Of a stretch of 64,000 nucleotides of DNA, positions 34,591 to 45,319 are shown piece by piece; the first letter of the stretch is position 1, and the number at the start of each line of letters is the position of its first letter. The position numbers and the translations under genes are program-made. Below the pieces are notes generated by a model, which saw nothing but the letters and a program-made list of their open reading frames with translations, was not told where the DNA came from and did not search any database. The stretch lies in the NCBI RefSeq assembly GCF_003334385.1, contig NZ_QOWN01000015.1. One strand, given 5' to 3'. This DNA comes from Escherichia coli (GTDB lineage Bacteria; Pseudomonadota; Gammaproteobacteria; Enterobacterales; Enterobacteriaceae).

Positions 34591-35600
34591 CGCGGCAGTT
34601 TTCCGTGGTCGCGTAGCCAGGCGGCAGTTTTCTCGATACCTTCATCCAGGGTGATGACCGGCTGATAACCTAACTCTTCCTGCGCACGCGTAATATCCAG
34701 CGTAAAGTCAAAATTCAACTTGGAGACGCCGTAGTGGGTCAGCGGCGGCTCTTTTGCTGACTTGCGGCCTAAACGCTCCATGCTGCGGGCGATCATATCC
34801 AGCATCGGGTAGGGGACGGAACGAATACGACAGTCAATATTCAACTCGTCGATCAGCTTCTGCACGATGCTGCGCAGTGTGCGATGCTCGCCGTTGGTGA
34901 TGTTGTACACACGCCCGGAAGGTAGCTTATCGCAGGCTTCCTGGCTTGCCAGCCACATTGCGTGCACGGCATTTTCATAGTAGGTCATATCGACCAGCGC
35001 ACTGCCGCCATGCGGTAACAGAATACTGCCGTAGTGGTGCATCATATGCGCCAGACGGGGAATAAAGACTTTATCGTGCGGTCCGAACAGACTTTGTGGG
35101 CGCAGAATAGTAAAGCGCGTTTGTGGATTCGCCTGCGAAAGCATATTGATCACTTCTTCGCTGGCTGCTTTGCTGCGGGCAAACTCGTTGGCGAAGCGGT
35201 GAGGGCGAAAATCTTCTTTAATATCGCGATGGTGGTGATAATCGAAGTACAGGGAGGGGGAAGAGATATGAATAAAGTTACGCACACCCCAGGCGACAGC
35301 CCATTCACCCAGGCGGCGAGTGGCGCGAACGTTAGCCAGATCGAAAGCCTGTTGTGTCCCCCAGGGTGAGGTAAAGCTGGAGCAGTGCCACAGCGTATCA
35401 ATGCCCGCGAGCATCACTTTAGCTTGTGATGAAACCAGCTCGGTCAGATCCGCCGGAACAAACTCTGCGCCCATTTTTTCCAGCAATTTGCCCATTGCCT
35501 CGTTGCGACCGGTCGCTCGCACGCTGATGCCTTTCTGGCATAAAAACTCTACCGCGTTTCGACCTAAGCCGCTGGTGGCGCCGGTAACCAGTACCTTCAT
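34587..35600 (-). CDS. ybjS: NAD-dependent epimerase/dehydratase family protein YbjS
   Basis: ORF 34587..35663 trimmed to ATG (337 aa); Rossmann GATSGLG motif; stop overlaps amiD stop. Confidence 0.88.
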   Translation of the reverse strand: MKVLVTGATSGLGRNAVEFLCQKGISVRATGRNEAMGKLLEKMGAEFVPADLTELVSSQAKVMLAGIDTLWHCSSFTSPWGTQQAFDLANVRATRRLGEWAVAWGVRNFIHISSPSLYFDYHHHRDIKEDFRPHRFANEFARSKAASEEVINMLSQANPQTRFTILRPQSLFGPHDKVFIPRLAHMMHHYGSILLPHGGSALVDMTYYENAVHAMWLASQEACDKLPSGRVYNITNGEHRTLRSIVQKLIDELNIDCRIRSVPYPMLDMIARSMERLGRKSAKEPPLTHYGVSKLNFDFTLDITRAQEELGYQPVITLDEGIEKTAAWLRDHGKLPR

Positions 35601-35698
35601 ATCAATCCACTGTTGTTGAGAAAATAACGTGCGCATTCTTCCGTGATTTCCCCCATGATGCAATGGGAAACATGAAAGAATAACGCAGGTTTTGTCGA

Positions 35699-37129
35699 TT
35701 AATCTGTGCTTTGTTCTGCCAGTCTGGCGATTTGTTTTGCCATTCCGCGAAAAATAAACAGATGCGCGGGGATCATCAATAACCAGTAAAACAGCCCCGG
35801 CATACCGTGCGGATGCCAGAAAGCGCGGACATCGATAGTACGATAGTCGCCTTTATCTTCCAGGCTAAAACACAGTCGTCCCAGCCCCGGCGCTTTCATG
35901 CCAAATAACAACGTAAGTTGTTTTTCCGGTTCAACGACAATCACTTTCCAGCTATCCACCGCATCGCCAGTCTGTAAATATTCGCGCTCCGGGCGGCCTT
36001 TCGCCAGCTTATGACCGATCGCGCGGTCCATCAACGCCCGTGTCTGCCACAAAATATTGCCAAAGAAATAACGCTCTTTACCGCCGATTTGGTTCACTAC
36101 CTGCCATAAAGCAGCAAGGCTGGCGGACGTTTTAACGGTAAACCCCGCCTGTTTGGCAAAATAACCGTACTCCGGTCGCCAGCGGGCAAAGGCCTGAGCG
36201 TCGTAGCCCCAGTCGCTGGAGTTGACCAGTTTTTCCTCCTCTTTCAACGTGCTACGTACCGCGTCATCGAAAGCGATCAGCCGTTGTGGGATGAGTGCAC
36301 GTAGCGCGGTATCATCCGCCAGCAGATCGTGTTTCAGCCCCTGAATCAACGCCCTGGCGGTGGTGGGCGGTACGGAAGTAATCACATTGAGAAACCACAC
36401 CGAAATCCAGCGGGTGGGGAGGGGGATGGGGATCAACCAGCGGCGCTTACCGCTCACCGCCATAAAATGTTCAAACTGTTGCTGATAACTGAGCACCTCT
36501 GGTCCGGCGGCTTCGAAGATGCGGTGTTCGCTGGCCGGATGATCTAACAACGCAACCAGATAGTGCAGCAAGTTTTCCAGCGCAATGGGCGTGGTGCGTG
36601 AACGAACCCAGCGCGGAGGCGTTAAGACTGGCAGGTTGTAGACCATATCGCGCATGACTTCGAACGCCGCGGAACCTGCGCCAACGATAATTCCGGCCCG
36701 CAGTTCGGTCACGGGTACATTCGCTTCACGCAGAATGTCCGCCGTAGCCTGACGAGCACGCAGATGATCCGACTGCTCATGTGGCGGGGCCTGCAACGAA
36801 CTAAGAAAGATTAATTGCTTAACTGGTACTTCACGTAGCGCATCGCGGACGTTGAGAGCCACCTGGCGCTCCTGAGCGATAAAATCGCCGCCTTCGCCCA
36901 TGCTGTGCACCAGAAAATAGACCGTATCGATATCCTGCAACAGGGCCGGTAGGTTATCCGGCCAGCTGAGATCGACTTTATGGCAACTGACGTTTGCCAG
37001 TTGCAGCTTTGCAAGCCTGTCGACATGACGTGCCGCCGCCAGGATCTGATGCCCTTGCTGGCTGAGTGTGCGCACCAGATGCTGACCAATGTAGCCACTG
37101 GCACCGAGAACTAAAATGCGTTGCGGCAC
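35699..37129 (-). CDS. ybjT: NAD(P)-binding protein YbjT
   Basis: ORF 35699..37204 trimmed to GTG at 37127-37129 (476 aa) with AAGGAGAG RBS; Rossmann motif GASGYIG. Confidence 0.8.
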
Positions 37130-37139
37130 GTCTCTCTCC

Positions 37140-38141
37140 TTAACGCGCCAGGAATGCACGCCAGTGGGCGGCGACTTCCGCCAGTTGTTCGCGCGAGACG
37201 TCAAGATGCGTCACCAGGCGGACAATCGGCGAGGCGTTAATCAGCACGTTTCTCGCTTTCATGTATTCGCCTAACGCGGCAGCATTTTCTTCCCCGACGC
37301 GAACAAACAGCATATTGGTGTCCTGACGCATCACATCCGCGCCTGCTTCACGCAGCTGCTCCGCCATCCAGGCAGCGTTGTCGTGGTCTTCCTGCAAGCG
37401 CGCAACGTTATTTTTCAGGGCATATATCCCGGCGGCAGCCAGAATGCCGGACTGGCGCATCCCGCCACCTGTCATTTTCCGCCAGCGAATGGCACGTTTA
37501 ATGTAATCACGATTACCGACGAGTAATGAACCGACTGGCGTCCCAAGACCTTTCGACAGGCAAATGGTGAACGAATCACAATATTGCGTGATCTCTTTCA
37601 GTTCGCAGCCGTAAGCCACCACGGCATTAAAGATGCGCGCACCGTCAACATGCAGCGCCAGATTGCGCTCGCGGGTAAATTCCCATGCTTCTTTCAGGTA
37701 TTCCCGCGGCAACACTTTGCCGTTGTGGGTGTTTTCCAGACTGAGTAATTTGGTGCGGGCGAAATGGATATCGTCGGGTTTGATTTTCATCGCCACTTTA
37801 TCCAGCGGTAGCGTGCCGTCGGCAGCCGCGTCTATGGGTTGCGGTTGAATACTGCCCAGCACCGCCGCGCCACCGGCTTCAAACAGATAGTTATGCGCGG
37901 CCTGACCGACAATATACTCTTCGCCGCGTTCGCAGTGACTGAGCAGAGCGACCAGGTTGGCCTGAGTGCCGGTAGGCAGAAAAATGGCGGCTTCTTTACC
38001 GGAAAGCTCTGCTGCGTAGTCCTGCAGAGCATTAACGGTAGGGTCGTCTCCGTAAACGTCGTCCCCAACCGGGGCGGCCATCATCGCTTCGAGCATGGCG
38101 CGGCTTGGTCGGGTAACGGTATCACTGCGTAAATCAATCAT
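37140..38141 (-). CDS. ltaE: Low-specificity L-threonine aldolase LtaE
   Basis: ORF 333 aa, PLP-dependent aldolase. Confidence 0.93.
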   Translation of the reverse strand: MIDLRSDTVTRPSRAMLEAMMAAPVGDDVYGDDPTVNALQDYAAELSGKEAAIFLPTGTQANLVALLSHCERGEEYIVGQAAHNYLFEAGGAAVLGSIQPQPIDAAADGTLPLDKVAMKIKPDDIHFARTKLLSLENTHNGKVLPREYLKEAWEFTRERNLALHVDGARIFNAVVAYGCELKEITQYCDSFTICLSKGLGTPVGSLLVGNRDYIKRAIRWRKMTGGGMRQSGILAAAGIYALKNNVARLQEDHDNAAWMAEQLREAGADVMRQDTNMLFVRVGEENAAALGEYMKARNVLINASPIVRLVTHLDVSREQLAEVAAHWRAFLAR

Positions 38142-38177
38142 GGCATGTCCTTATTATGACGGGAAATGCCACCCTTT

Positions 38178-39896
38178 TTACCTTAGCCAGTTTGTTTTCG
38201 CCAGTTCGATCACTTCATCACCGCGTCCGCTGATGATTGCGCGCAGCATATACAGGCTGAAACCTTTGGCCTGTTCGAGTTTGATCTGCGGTGGAATGGC
38301 TAACTCTTCTTTGGCGACCACCACATCCACCAACACCGGACCGTCGATGGAGAAGGCGCGTTGCAGGGCTTCATCAACTTCAGACGCTTTTTCTACACGG
38401 ATACCCGTAATGCCGCACGCTTCGGCAATGCGGGCAAAGTTTGTGTCGTGTAGTTCGGTGCCGTCAGTCAAATAGCCACCAGCTTTCATCTCCATCGCCA
38501 CAAAGCCCAGCACGCTGTTGTTAAAGACGACAATTTTCACTGGCAGTTTCATCTGCACTACTGAGAGGAAATCGCCCATCAACATGCTAAAACCGCCATC
38601 GCCGCACATGGCGACCACCTGACGTTCTGGCTCTGTCGCCTGCGCACCCAGCGCCTGCGGCATGGCGTTAGCCATCGAACCGTGGTTAAACGAACCTAAC
38701 AGGCGACGCTTGCCGTTCATTTTTAGATAACGTGCCGCCCACACCGTTGGCGTACCAACGTCACAGGTGAAAATAGCGTCATCGGCGGCAAAATGACTAA
38801 TTTGCTGCGCCAGATATTGCGGGTGAATGGCTTTCTCGCTCGGTTTAGCTAAATCGTCCAGCCCTTTGCGGGCGTCGCGGTAATCTTCCAGCGCTTTATC
38901 CAGAAACTTGCGATCGGCTTTTTCTTCCACCAATGGAAGCAATGCACGCAGAGTCGACTTGATATCGCCGACCAGTGCCATATCCACCTTGCTGTGAGCG
39001 CCGATGCTGGCTGGGTTGATATCAATCTGAATGATTTTGGCATCGGTCGGGTAGAAGGCGCGGTAGGGAAATTGCGTGCCGAGTAGCACTAACGTGTCGG
39101 CGTTCATCATGGTATGGAAACCTGACGAGAAGCCGATTAACCCGGTCATTCCAACATCATACGGATTATCGTATTCGACATGTTCTTTACCGCGCAGGGC
39201 ATGAACAATAGGCGCTTTAATTTTCCCGGCAAACTCAACTAACTCTTTATGCGCCCCCGCGCAGCCGCTGCCACACATCAGGGCGATATTGCTGGAATAA
39301 CGCAGCAGTTGCGCCAGTTTGCGTAACTCTTCTTCTTCCGGCGTCACGACTGGTTGTGGCGCATGATACCAGTGCATGGTTGCCCCTTCTGGCGCAGGTT
39401 TTAACGCCACGTCGCCTGGTAACACGACAACCGAAACGCCACGGTTAAGCACCGCTTTGCGCATGGCAATCGCCAGTACTTGTGGGATCTGCTCCGGGCT
39501 GGAAACCAGCTCGCAATAGTGACTACATTCGCGGAATAGCTCTTGTGGGTGGGTTTCCTGGAAATAGCCGCTGCCAATTTCGCTGGAGGGAATATGAGCG
39601 GCAATCGCCAGTACCGGAACGTGATTGCGGTGGCAATCGAACAGGCCGTTGATTAAGTGCAGGTTGCCGGGGCCGCACGATCCGGCGCAGACCGCCAGTT
39701 CTCCGCTAAGTTGTGCTTCAGCGCCAGCGGCAAAGGCCGCCACTTCTTCGTGGCGGGTGGACATCCACTCGATGGTGCCCATGCGATTAAGACTGTCACT
39801 AAGACCGTTCAGAGAGTCGCCTGTGACTCCCCAGATGCGTTTCACCCCTGCCGATTCGAGTGTTTTGGCGATATAAGCTGCAACCGTTTGTTTCAT
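38178..39896 (-). CDS. poxB: Pyruvate oxidase (ubiquinone) PoxB
   Basis: ORF 572 aa, ThDP/FAD enzyme. Confidence 0.95.
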
Positions 39897-40028
39897 GGTT
39901 CTCCATCTCCTGAATGTGATAACGGTAACAAGTTTAGTTCATCTGACGGAGGGGGAAGGGATGGGAGAGAAAGGAGGCGCTAACGGTTAAATAGCCCGAT
40001 GAAAGGAATATCATCGGGCATAAGGCGA

Positions 40029-40997
40029 TTATGCGAGAACCAAATCCCCCTGCGGATGGCAGGAGCAGGCCAGTACGTAACCTTCAGCGATTTCGGCGTC
40101 GGTCAGCGTCATTGTGCTGCTCACCGTATATTCACCGGAAACCACTTTTGTCTTACAGCAGCCGCAAACACCCGCACGGCAGGCAGCGACAACCGGAACG
40201 TTATTGCTTTCCAGCGCCTCCAGTAGCGTGGTGCCAACCGGGGCGTAAAATTCTCGTGCCGGTTGCAGTTTGGTGAATTTCAGACCGCTGGTCGCCGCTT
40301 CTGCTACTGGGGTGAAGAATTTCTCTTTAAAGAAACGCGTCACGCCGAGCGCTTTCACTTCCTGCTCTACCCAATCCATATACGGAGCCGGGCCGCAGGT
40401 CATCACGGTACGTGAAGCTAAGTCAGGTACACCTGCCAGCAGTTCGCGAGTGAGACGACCAGCGATAAAGCCTTCGGTAACGTTATTTTCTGCCACCAGC
40501 GTTACCGGATAGTTACGCCACTCATCGGCGAAAATAACATCCTGCGGCGTACGCACGTTGTAGATCACCCGCACATCGGCCTGTGGACGGTTCTTCGCAA
40601 GCCAGCGACGCATCGACATAATCGGCGTGACGCCGCAGCCTGCCGCCAGCAACAGGAATTTATCTTCTGCTTTATCGTCGCAGGTAAATTCCCCCATCGC
40701 GTCCGAAAGCCAGAGATAATCACCGCGTTTTACATCGCGCGTCAGCCACTGGGAGCCGACACCGTCATCAATCCGCCGCACGGTCAGGGTGATATATTCA
40801 CTCACGCCTGGCGTGGAGGAAATGGTGTAAGCACGCAGCGTTTCCGCTGAGTTTCGCACGCTGACCAGTGCATATTGCCCGGCGCGATATGGGTAGTAAT
40901 CGTGGCAAATCAGGGAAATCGTCCACACATCCGGCGTTTCTTGCGTAATGTGATGAACCTGCATCCGCCACGGGCATTGATTCGTTGGCATCGTCAT
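40029..40997 (-). CDS. hcr: NADH oxidoreductase Hcr (partner of hybrid-cluster protein)
   Basis: ORF 40029..41003 trimmed to ATG (322 aa); C-terminal 2Fe-2S ferredoxin Cys motif. Confidence 0.9.
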   Translation of the reverse strand: MTMPTNQCPWRMQVHHITQETPDVWTISLICHDYYPYRAGQYALVSVRNSAETLRAYTISSTPGVSEYITLTVRRIDDGVGSQWLTRDVKRGDYLWLSDAMGEFTCDDKAEDKFLLLAAGCGVTPIMSMRRWLAKNRPQADVRVIYNVRTPQDVIFADEWRNYPVTLVAENNVTEGFIAGRLTRELLAGVPDLASRTVMTCGPAPYMDWVEQEVKALGVTRFFKEKFFTPVAEAATSGLKFTKLQPAREFYAPVGTTLLEALESNNVPVVAACRAGVCGCCKTKVVSGEYTVSSTMTLTDAEIAEGYVLACSCHPQGDLVLA

Positions 40998-41008
40998 CGA
41001 CAAACTCC

Positions 41009-42661
41009 TTACGCGCTCAACAGTTGCTTCATGTCTTCTTCAACAGTGGTGATAGAACGCAGGCCGAATTTCTCGTTCAGCACCGCCAGCAGGTCTGGTG
41101 TCAGGAAACCAGGTGCAGTCGGGCCGGTGACGATATTTTTCACGCCCAGAGAAAGCAGCGTCAGCAGAATGACGATCGCTTTCTGTTCAAACCAGGAGAG
41201 CACCAGCGACAGCGGCAGATCGTTGACACCGCAGCCCAGTTTCTCTGCCAGAGTGACAGCCAGAATAATCGCTGAGTAAGCATCGTTACATTGACCTGCA
41301 TCTACCAGACGCGGCAGACCTTCGATATCGCCAAACTCAAGTTTGTTAAAGCGATATTTACCACAGGCGAGGGTCAGGATCAGGCAGTCATCCGGCACGC
41401 TGGTGGCGAAATCGGTGAAGTAGTGGCGCTCGCCGCGTGCGCCGTCACAGCCACCAAGCAGGAAGATATGACGCAGTTTTTCACGGCTCACCAGATCAAT
41501 CAGCGTATCAGCAGCGCCAAGCAGCGTCTGGCGACCAAAACCCACGGTGATAAGGTGCGGAATTTCGCTGTACGGGAAGCCTGCCATCTGTTGCGCCTGG
41601 GTGATAACCGCAGAGAAATCATCACCGTCCAGATGACGCACGCCAGGCCAGCCAACAATGCTGCGGGTCCAGATACGATCGTCATAAGCGCCTACGGTTG
41701 GGTCGATGATGCAGTTCGAGGTCATCACGATGGGGCCAGGGAAACGAGCGAACTCCACTTGCTGATTCTGCCAGCCGCTGCCGTAGTTACCGACCAGATG
41801 CTTGAATTTACGCAGCTCCGGGTAGCCATGCGCAGGCAGCATTTCGCCGTGGGTGTAGACATTAACGCCCGTGCCTTCGGTCTGTTCCAGCAGGTTGTAG
41901 AGATCTTTGAGATCGTGACCGGAAATCAGAATGCATTTACCCGCCGTCGCTTTGACGTTGACCTGGGTTGGCGTCGGGTGACCGTATTTACCGGTTTCGC
42001 CTGCATCCAGAATGCTCATCACTTTGAAGTTCATCTGGCCGATTTCCATTGAACACTCAAGAAGCGCGTTCATATCGGCAGGCCAGGTCCCCAGCCACGC
42101 CATGATTTTATGGTACTGGGCATAAATATCGTTGTCGTATTGACCGAGAACATGCGCGTGTTCCATATAGGCCGCCGCACCTTTCAGGCCATACAGGCAC
42201 AGCAGACGCAGGCCGAGAATGTTTTCGCCAATCGCCGCTTTATCTTTGTTAGGGGTAAATTCTGCTGCCTGACGTTGCAGCTCGCCGAGATCGTCGCTCA
42301 CCAGTTGCAGGTCAGCCATCGGGTTATCGACGCGCGCGTTGGCATCTACAGCCAGGCATTGCGCTTTCAGCGCCTCGCGCAGGGCAATCGCTTCACGAGC
42401 GTAGCCGACAATACGCGGAGAATCGAAGTTAACGTTGGTCAGGGTTGAGAAAAAGGCACGTGGCGCGAAGCTGTCAACATCGTGGTTGATGATGCCGTAT
42501 TCACGCGCTTTTACCGCCCAGGCAGAAAGCCCTTGCAGCGCCGCGATGAGTAAATCCTGAAGGTCAGAAGTTTCCGCCGTTTTACCACACATCCCCTGCG
42601 CGTATGAGCAGCCGTTTCCTGCCGGAGTACGGATAGTTTGTTCACATTGCACACAAAACAT
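41009..42661 (-). CDS. hcp: Hybrid-cluster protein Hcp
   Basis: ORF 41009..42667 trimmed to ATG (550 aa); N-terminal Cys motif MFCVQCEQT. Confidence 0.93.
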
Positions 42662-42757
42662 GATCACACCTTTTAAAGTTATATTTAATATACATGTTTA
42701 AGGTTAAGACGCTTAACGCGGGGATAAAAGGGATTTTTCATGCAACTTTAAGGGAGA

Positions 42758-42771
42758 TTGATTTAGCGCAA
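42758..42771 (-). promoter_or_regulatory. Candidate FNR-type site upstream of hcp
   Basis: TTGAT-TTAG-CGCAA about 100 nt upstream of hcp ATG; 8/10 match to TTGAT-N4-ATCAA. Confidence 0.35.
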
Positions 42772-42804
42772 TTTTGGCGGCAGGGATCTACCGCCAGAGA
42801 GGTA

Positions 42805-43704
42805 TTACGCAGAGAAAAAGGCGATGAGGATCGGCACTAACAGGCTAAGAATAAAACCGTGAACAATTGCCGCCGGGACCATATCCAGCCCGCCAGTACG
42901 TTGAAGAACGGGCAGGGTGAAATCCATTGATGTGGCACCGCATAAGCCCAGTGCAGTAGAGCGGCTGCGGCGAATCAGCCCAGGGATCAACATAATAGCA
43001 ATCAGTTCACGGGCCAGATCATTAAAAAACGCCGCGCTCCCGATTACCGGACCAAAAGATTCGGTCAATAAAATACCGGAAAGAGAATACCAGCCGAAAC
43101 CGGAGGCCATTGCCAGCGCGGTATTGATGGGGAGATCAAGAATAAAGGCGTTAATTAAACCACCAATTAATGAACTGACAACCACCACCACGGCGACAAT
43201 CATTCCCCGGCGATTAAGGACAATCTGCTTTAAGGTCATGCCATTATTGCGCAACTGAATACCAACGAGGAAAAGTAGCAAAATTAACGTGTATTCACTG
43301 GCTTCGGTCGCGTGTTGTAAGAAAGCCAGTCCACTTAGACCAATGGCAAAACCAATCACTACTACGCCGCACAGTTTTAGCGACTCCAGCGCCATCGCAA
43401 TACGCGACGGGAGTTTTTCTTGCTGATGGTGGTTGCGCCACGGCAGGCCTCGCTCCAGCCACATCAGGGCGGCAATATTACACAGTAAAATAACGGTAAT
43501 ACTGACGGCAGAATAATGCAGAATCGCCAACAGGTTACTGGCGAGGTTATCGAGAAACGCCAGACTGATACCCATAAAAAAGAGAATAAGGTAAACCATC
43601 CAGCTTAATAGCTGATTAATAACTTTTAACGCAGCTTGTTGGCGGAGCGGAATGAGGTAACCCACAATCAGGGGAACCAGAATGATTAACAGCCCAGAAA
43701 ACAT
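42805..43704 (-). CDS. lysO: L-lysine exporter LysO (YbjE)
   Basis: ORF 42805..43752 trimmed to ATG (299 aa); multi-TM. Confidence 0.88.
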   Translation of the reverse strand: MFSGLLIILVPLIVGYLIPLRQQAALKVINQLLSWMVYLILFFMGISLAFLDNLASNLLAILHYSAVSITVILLCNIAALMWLERGLPWRNHHQQEKLPSRIAMALESLKLCGVVVIGFAIGLSGLAFLQHATEASEYTLILLLFLVGIQLRNNGMTLKQIVLNRRGMIVAVVVVVSSLIGGLINAFILDLPINTALAMASGFGWYSLSGILLTESFGPVIGSAAFFNDLARELIAIMLIPGLIRRSRSTALGLCGATSMDFTLPVLQRTGGLDMVPAAIVHGFILSLLVPILIAFFSA

Positions 43705-43916
43705 GAAAACCCAGTCCTTGCAAAGATGAAGTCGAAATGCGCGATGACACACTACTGAAAGCGGAAGGACGAGTAAAGTTGCAATTAAAAGGAAATGTTA
43801 TGCATAAGGAGCAGTAGAGTATTCGTTTTCATTTAAAGATATTCTTGCGCTTTAATTACAAACTGCACCGATGTTGGTGGCGTCAAAATCGCCGAGGCGT
43901 TCCCTGAAGGCCGGGG

Positions 43917-43938
43917 CAGCCCACATGGATGTGGGCTG
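43917..43938. repeat. Perfect palindrome (10-bp arms) in GC-rich lysO-aqpZ intergenic region
   Basis: CAGCCCACAT-GG-ATGTGGGCTG. Confidence 0.9.
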
Positions 43939-44043
43939 AGGGCGCGTTTTACAGGGATGTTACCTCGCGCCCGACCCGGTAGCCGTAAGGGATAAGTCGA
44001 GGGCACCGCGCAGCGGCGATTTTGTTCGCCAGAGCCCGGGGGT

Positions 44044-44075
44044 GCAGGGGGCGGCGGCGATTGGCCGCCCCCTGC
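44044..44075. repeat. Perfect GC-rich palindrome (12-bp arms, 8-nt spacer) in lysO-aqpZ intergenic region
   Basis: GCAGGGGGCGGC-GGCGATTG-GCCGCCCCCTGC. Confidence 0.9.
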
Positions 44076-44158
44076 GCGCTCCTTGCGCCAGTGGCAATAT
44101 GTTGCTTAGCTCATGAAAGGAGCGCAACAAGATGATGAATCAACATATAACAACATCT

Positions 44159-44188
44159 TAAAAAAAGGCCTGACATTACGCCAGGCCT
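44159..44188 (-). terminator. Rho-independent terminator of aqpZ
   Basis: Stem AGGCCTG/CAGGCCT with 9-nt loop; on minus strand followed by TTTTTT. Confidence 0.8.
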
Positions 44189-44198
44189 TCTGCGTTAA

Positions 44199-44894
44199 TT
44201 AATCACGCTTTTCCAGCAGGGGCCGGTAAATCAGACCACCGATAATGCCGCCGACAATTGGCACCACCCAGAAGAACCACAGTTGTTCTAATGCCCAGCC
44301 GCCCTGGAAGATAGCAACCGCGGTGCTGCGCGCCGGGTTAACAGAAGTGTTAGTCACCGGAATACTAATTAAGTGAATCAGGGTTAAGGCCAGACCAATA
44401 GCGATCGGCGCAAAACCTGCCGGCGCGAATTTGTCGGTTGCGCCGTGGATCACCAACAGGAAACCTGCACTCAATACCAGTTCAACTACCAGCGCGGAAA
44501 GCATGGAATAACCGCCTGGTGAATGCTCGCCATAACCGTTAGAAGCAAAACCGCTGGCTGCCGCGTCAAAACCCGTTTTACCACTGGCAATTAAATACAG
44601 CAGCGCCGCTGCAACAATACCGCCGACAACCTGGGCAATTACGTAGCCAACGACTTCTTTTGCCGGAAAACGTCCGCCAGCCCATAAACCAATAGTGACC
44701 GCCGGGTTAAAATGACCACCAGAAATATGACCAACAGCAAAGGCCATCGTCAGAACGGTCAGACCGAACGCCAACGCCACGCCGGCAAAACCAATGCCTA
44801 ATTCCGGGAAGCCTGCGGCCAGTACAGCACTACCACAGCCACCAAAAACAAGCCAGAAAGTACCAAAACATTCAGCTGCTAATTTTCTGAACAT
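44199..44894 (-). CDS. aqpZ: Aquaporin Z
   Basis: ORF 44199..44900 trimmed to ATG (231 aa); MIP-family NPA motifs (HFNPAV, SVNPAR). Confidence 0.95.
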   Translation of the reverse strand: MFRKLAAECFGTFWLVFGGCGSAVLAAGFPELGIGFAGVALAFGLTVLTMAFAVGHISGGHFNPAVTIGLWAGGRFPAKEVVGYVIAQVVGGIVAAALLYLIASGKTGFDAAASGFASNGYGEHSPGGYSMLSALVVELVLSAGFLLVIHGATDKFAPAGFAPIAIGLALTLIHLISIPVTNTSVNPARSTAVAIFQGGWALEQLWFFWVVPIVGGIIGGLIYRPLLEKRD

Positions 44895-45319
44895 ATCCAC
44901 CTCAATTAAAAATTGACCCTGTGAAAAATATGGTCGTTTTATAGGGTCGTCGTAAAAAAGTGACGACGGAAATAATGCGCGGCTATTTTAAAAACGAAGG
45001 CGAGTCATTCACCAGATAAATAAATCCAGTAAATTTGATTTAGGGCAACAGCGGGTTGCCCCATATAGTCATTTGTCTGATTGACAGTGTAGTGCACGCA
45101 AAAGATTTAATCCTTTAGGCGTAATAAAAAATAATTTATCATGCTAATTATTTGATTTTGTTGTTTTTGCAGACTTATCAGCAAGAGGGAGTATAACGCG
45201 ATTATTCGCTCATTTTTCAGACATTTGCCATGCTTAAATGTGATGTCATCACGTATTAGCAAGGCCTTTCCCGTTATACTGCCAGCGTAAAGGATAAGTC
45301 ACATATTTCTGGAGGGGAT

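Noticed and set aside
41291-42052. 253-aa ORF on the plus strand
   Set aside because: Fully embedded antisense within hcp; composition (Arg/Ala/His-rich) is typical of a shadow frame; no independent start signals.
44990-45110. Short inverted repeats in the aqpZ-ybjD divergent promoter region (GTCGTCG...CGACGAC; GGGCAAC...GTTGCCC)
   Set aside because: Short stems in an AT-rich divergent promoter region, not followed by U-tracts; more likely regulator-binding dyads or chance, and I cannot assign them.
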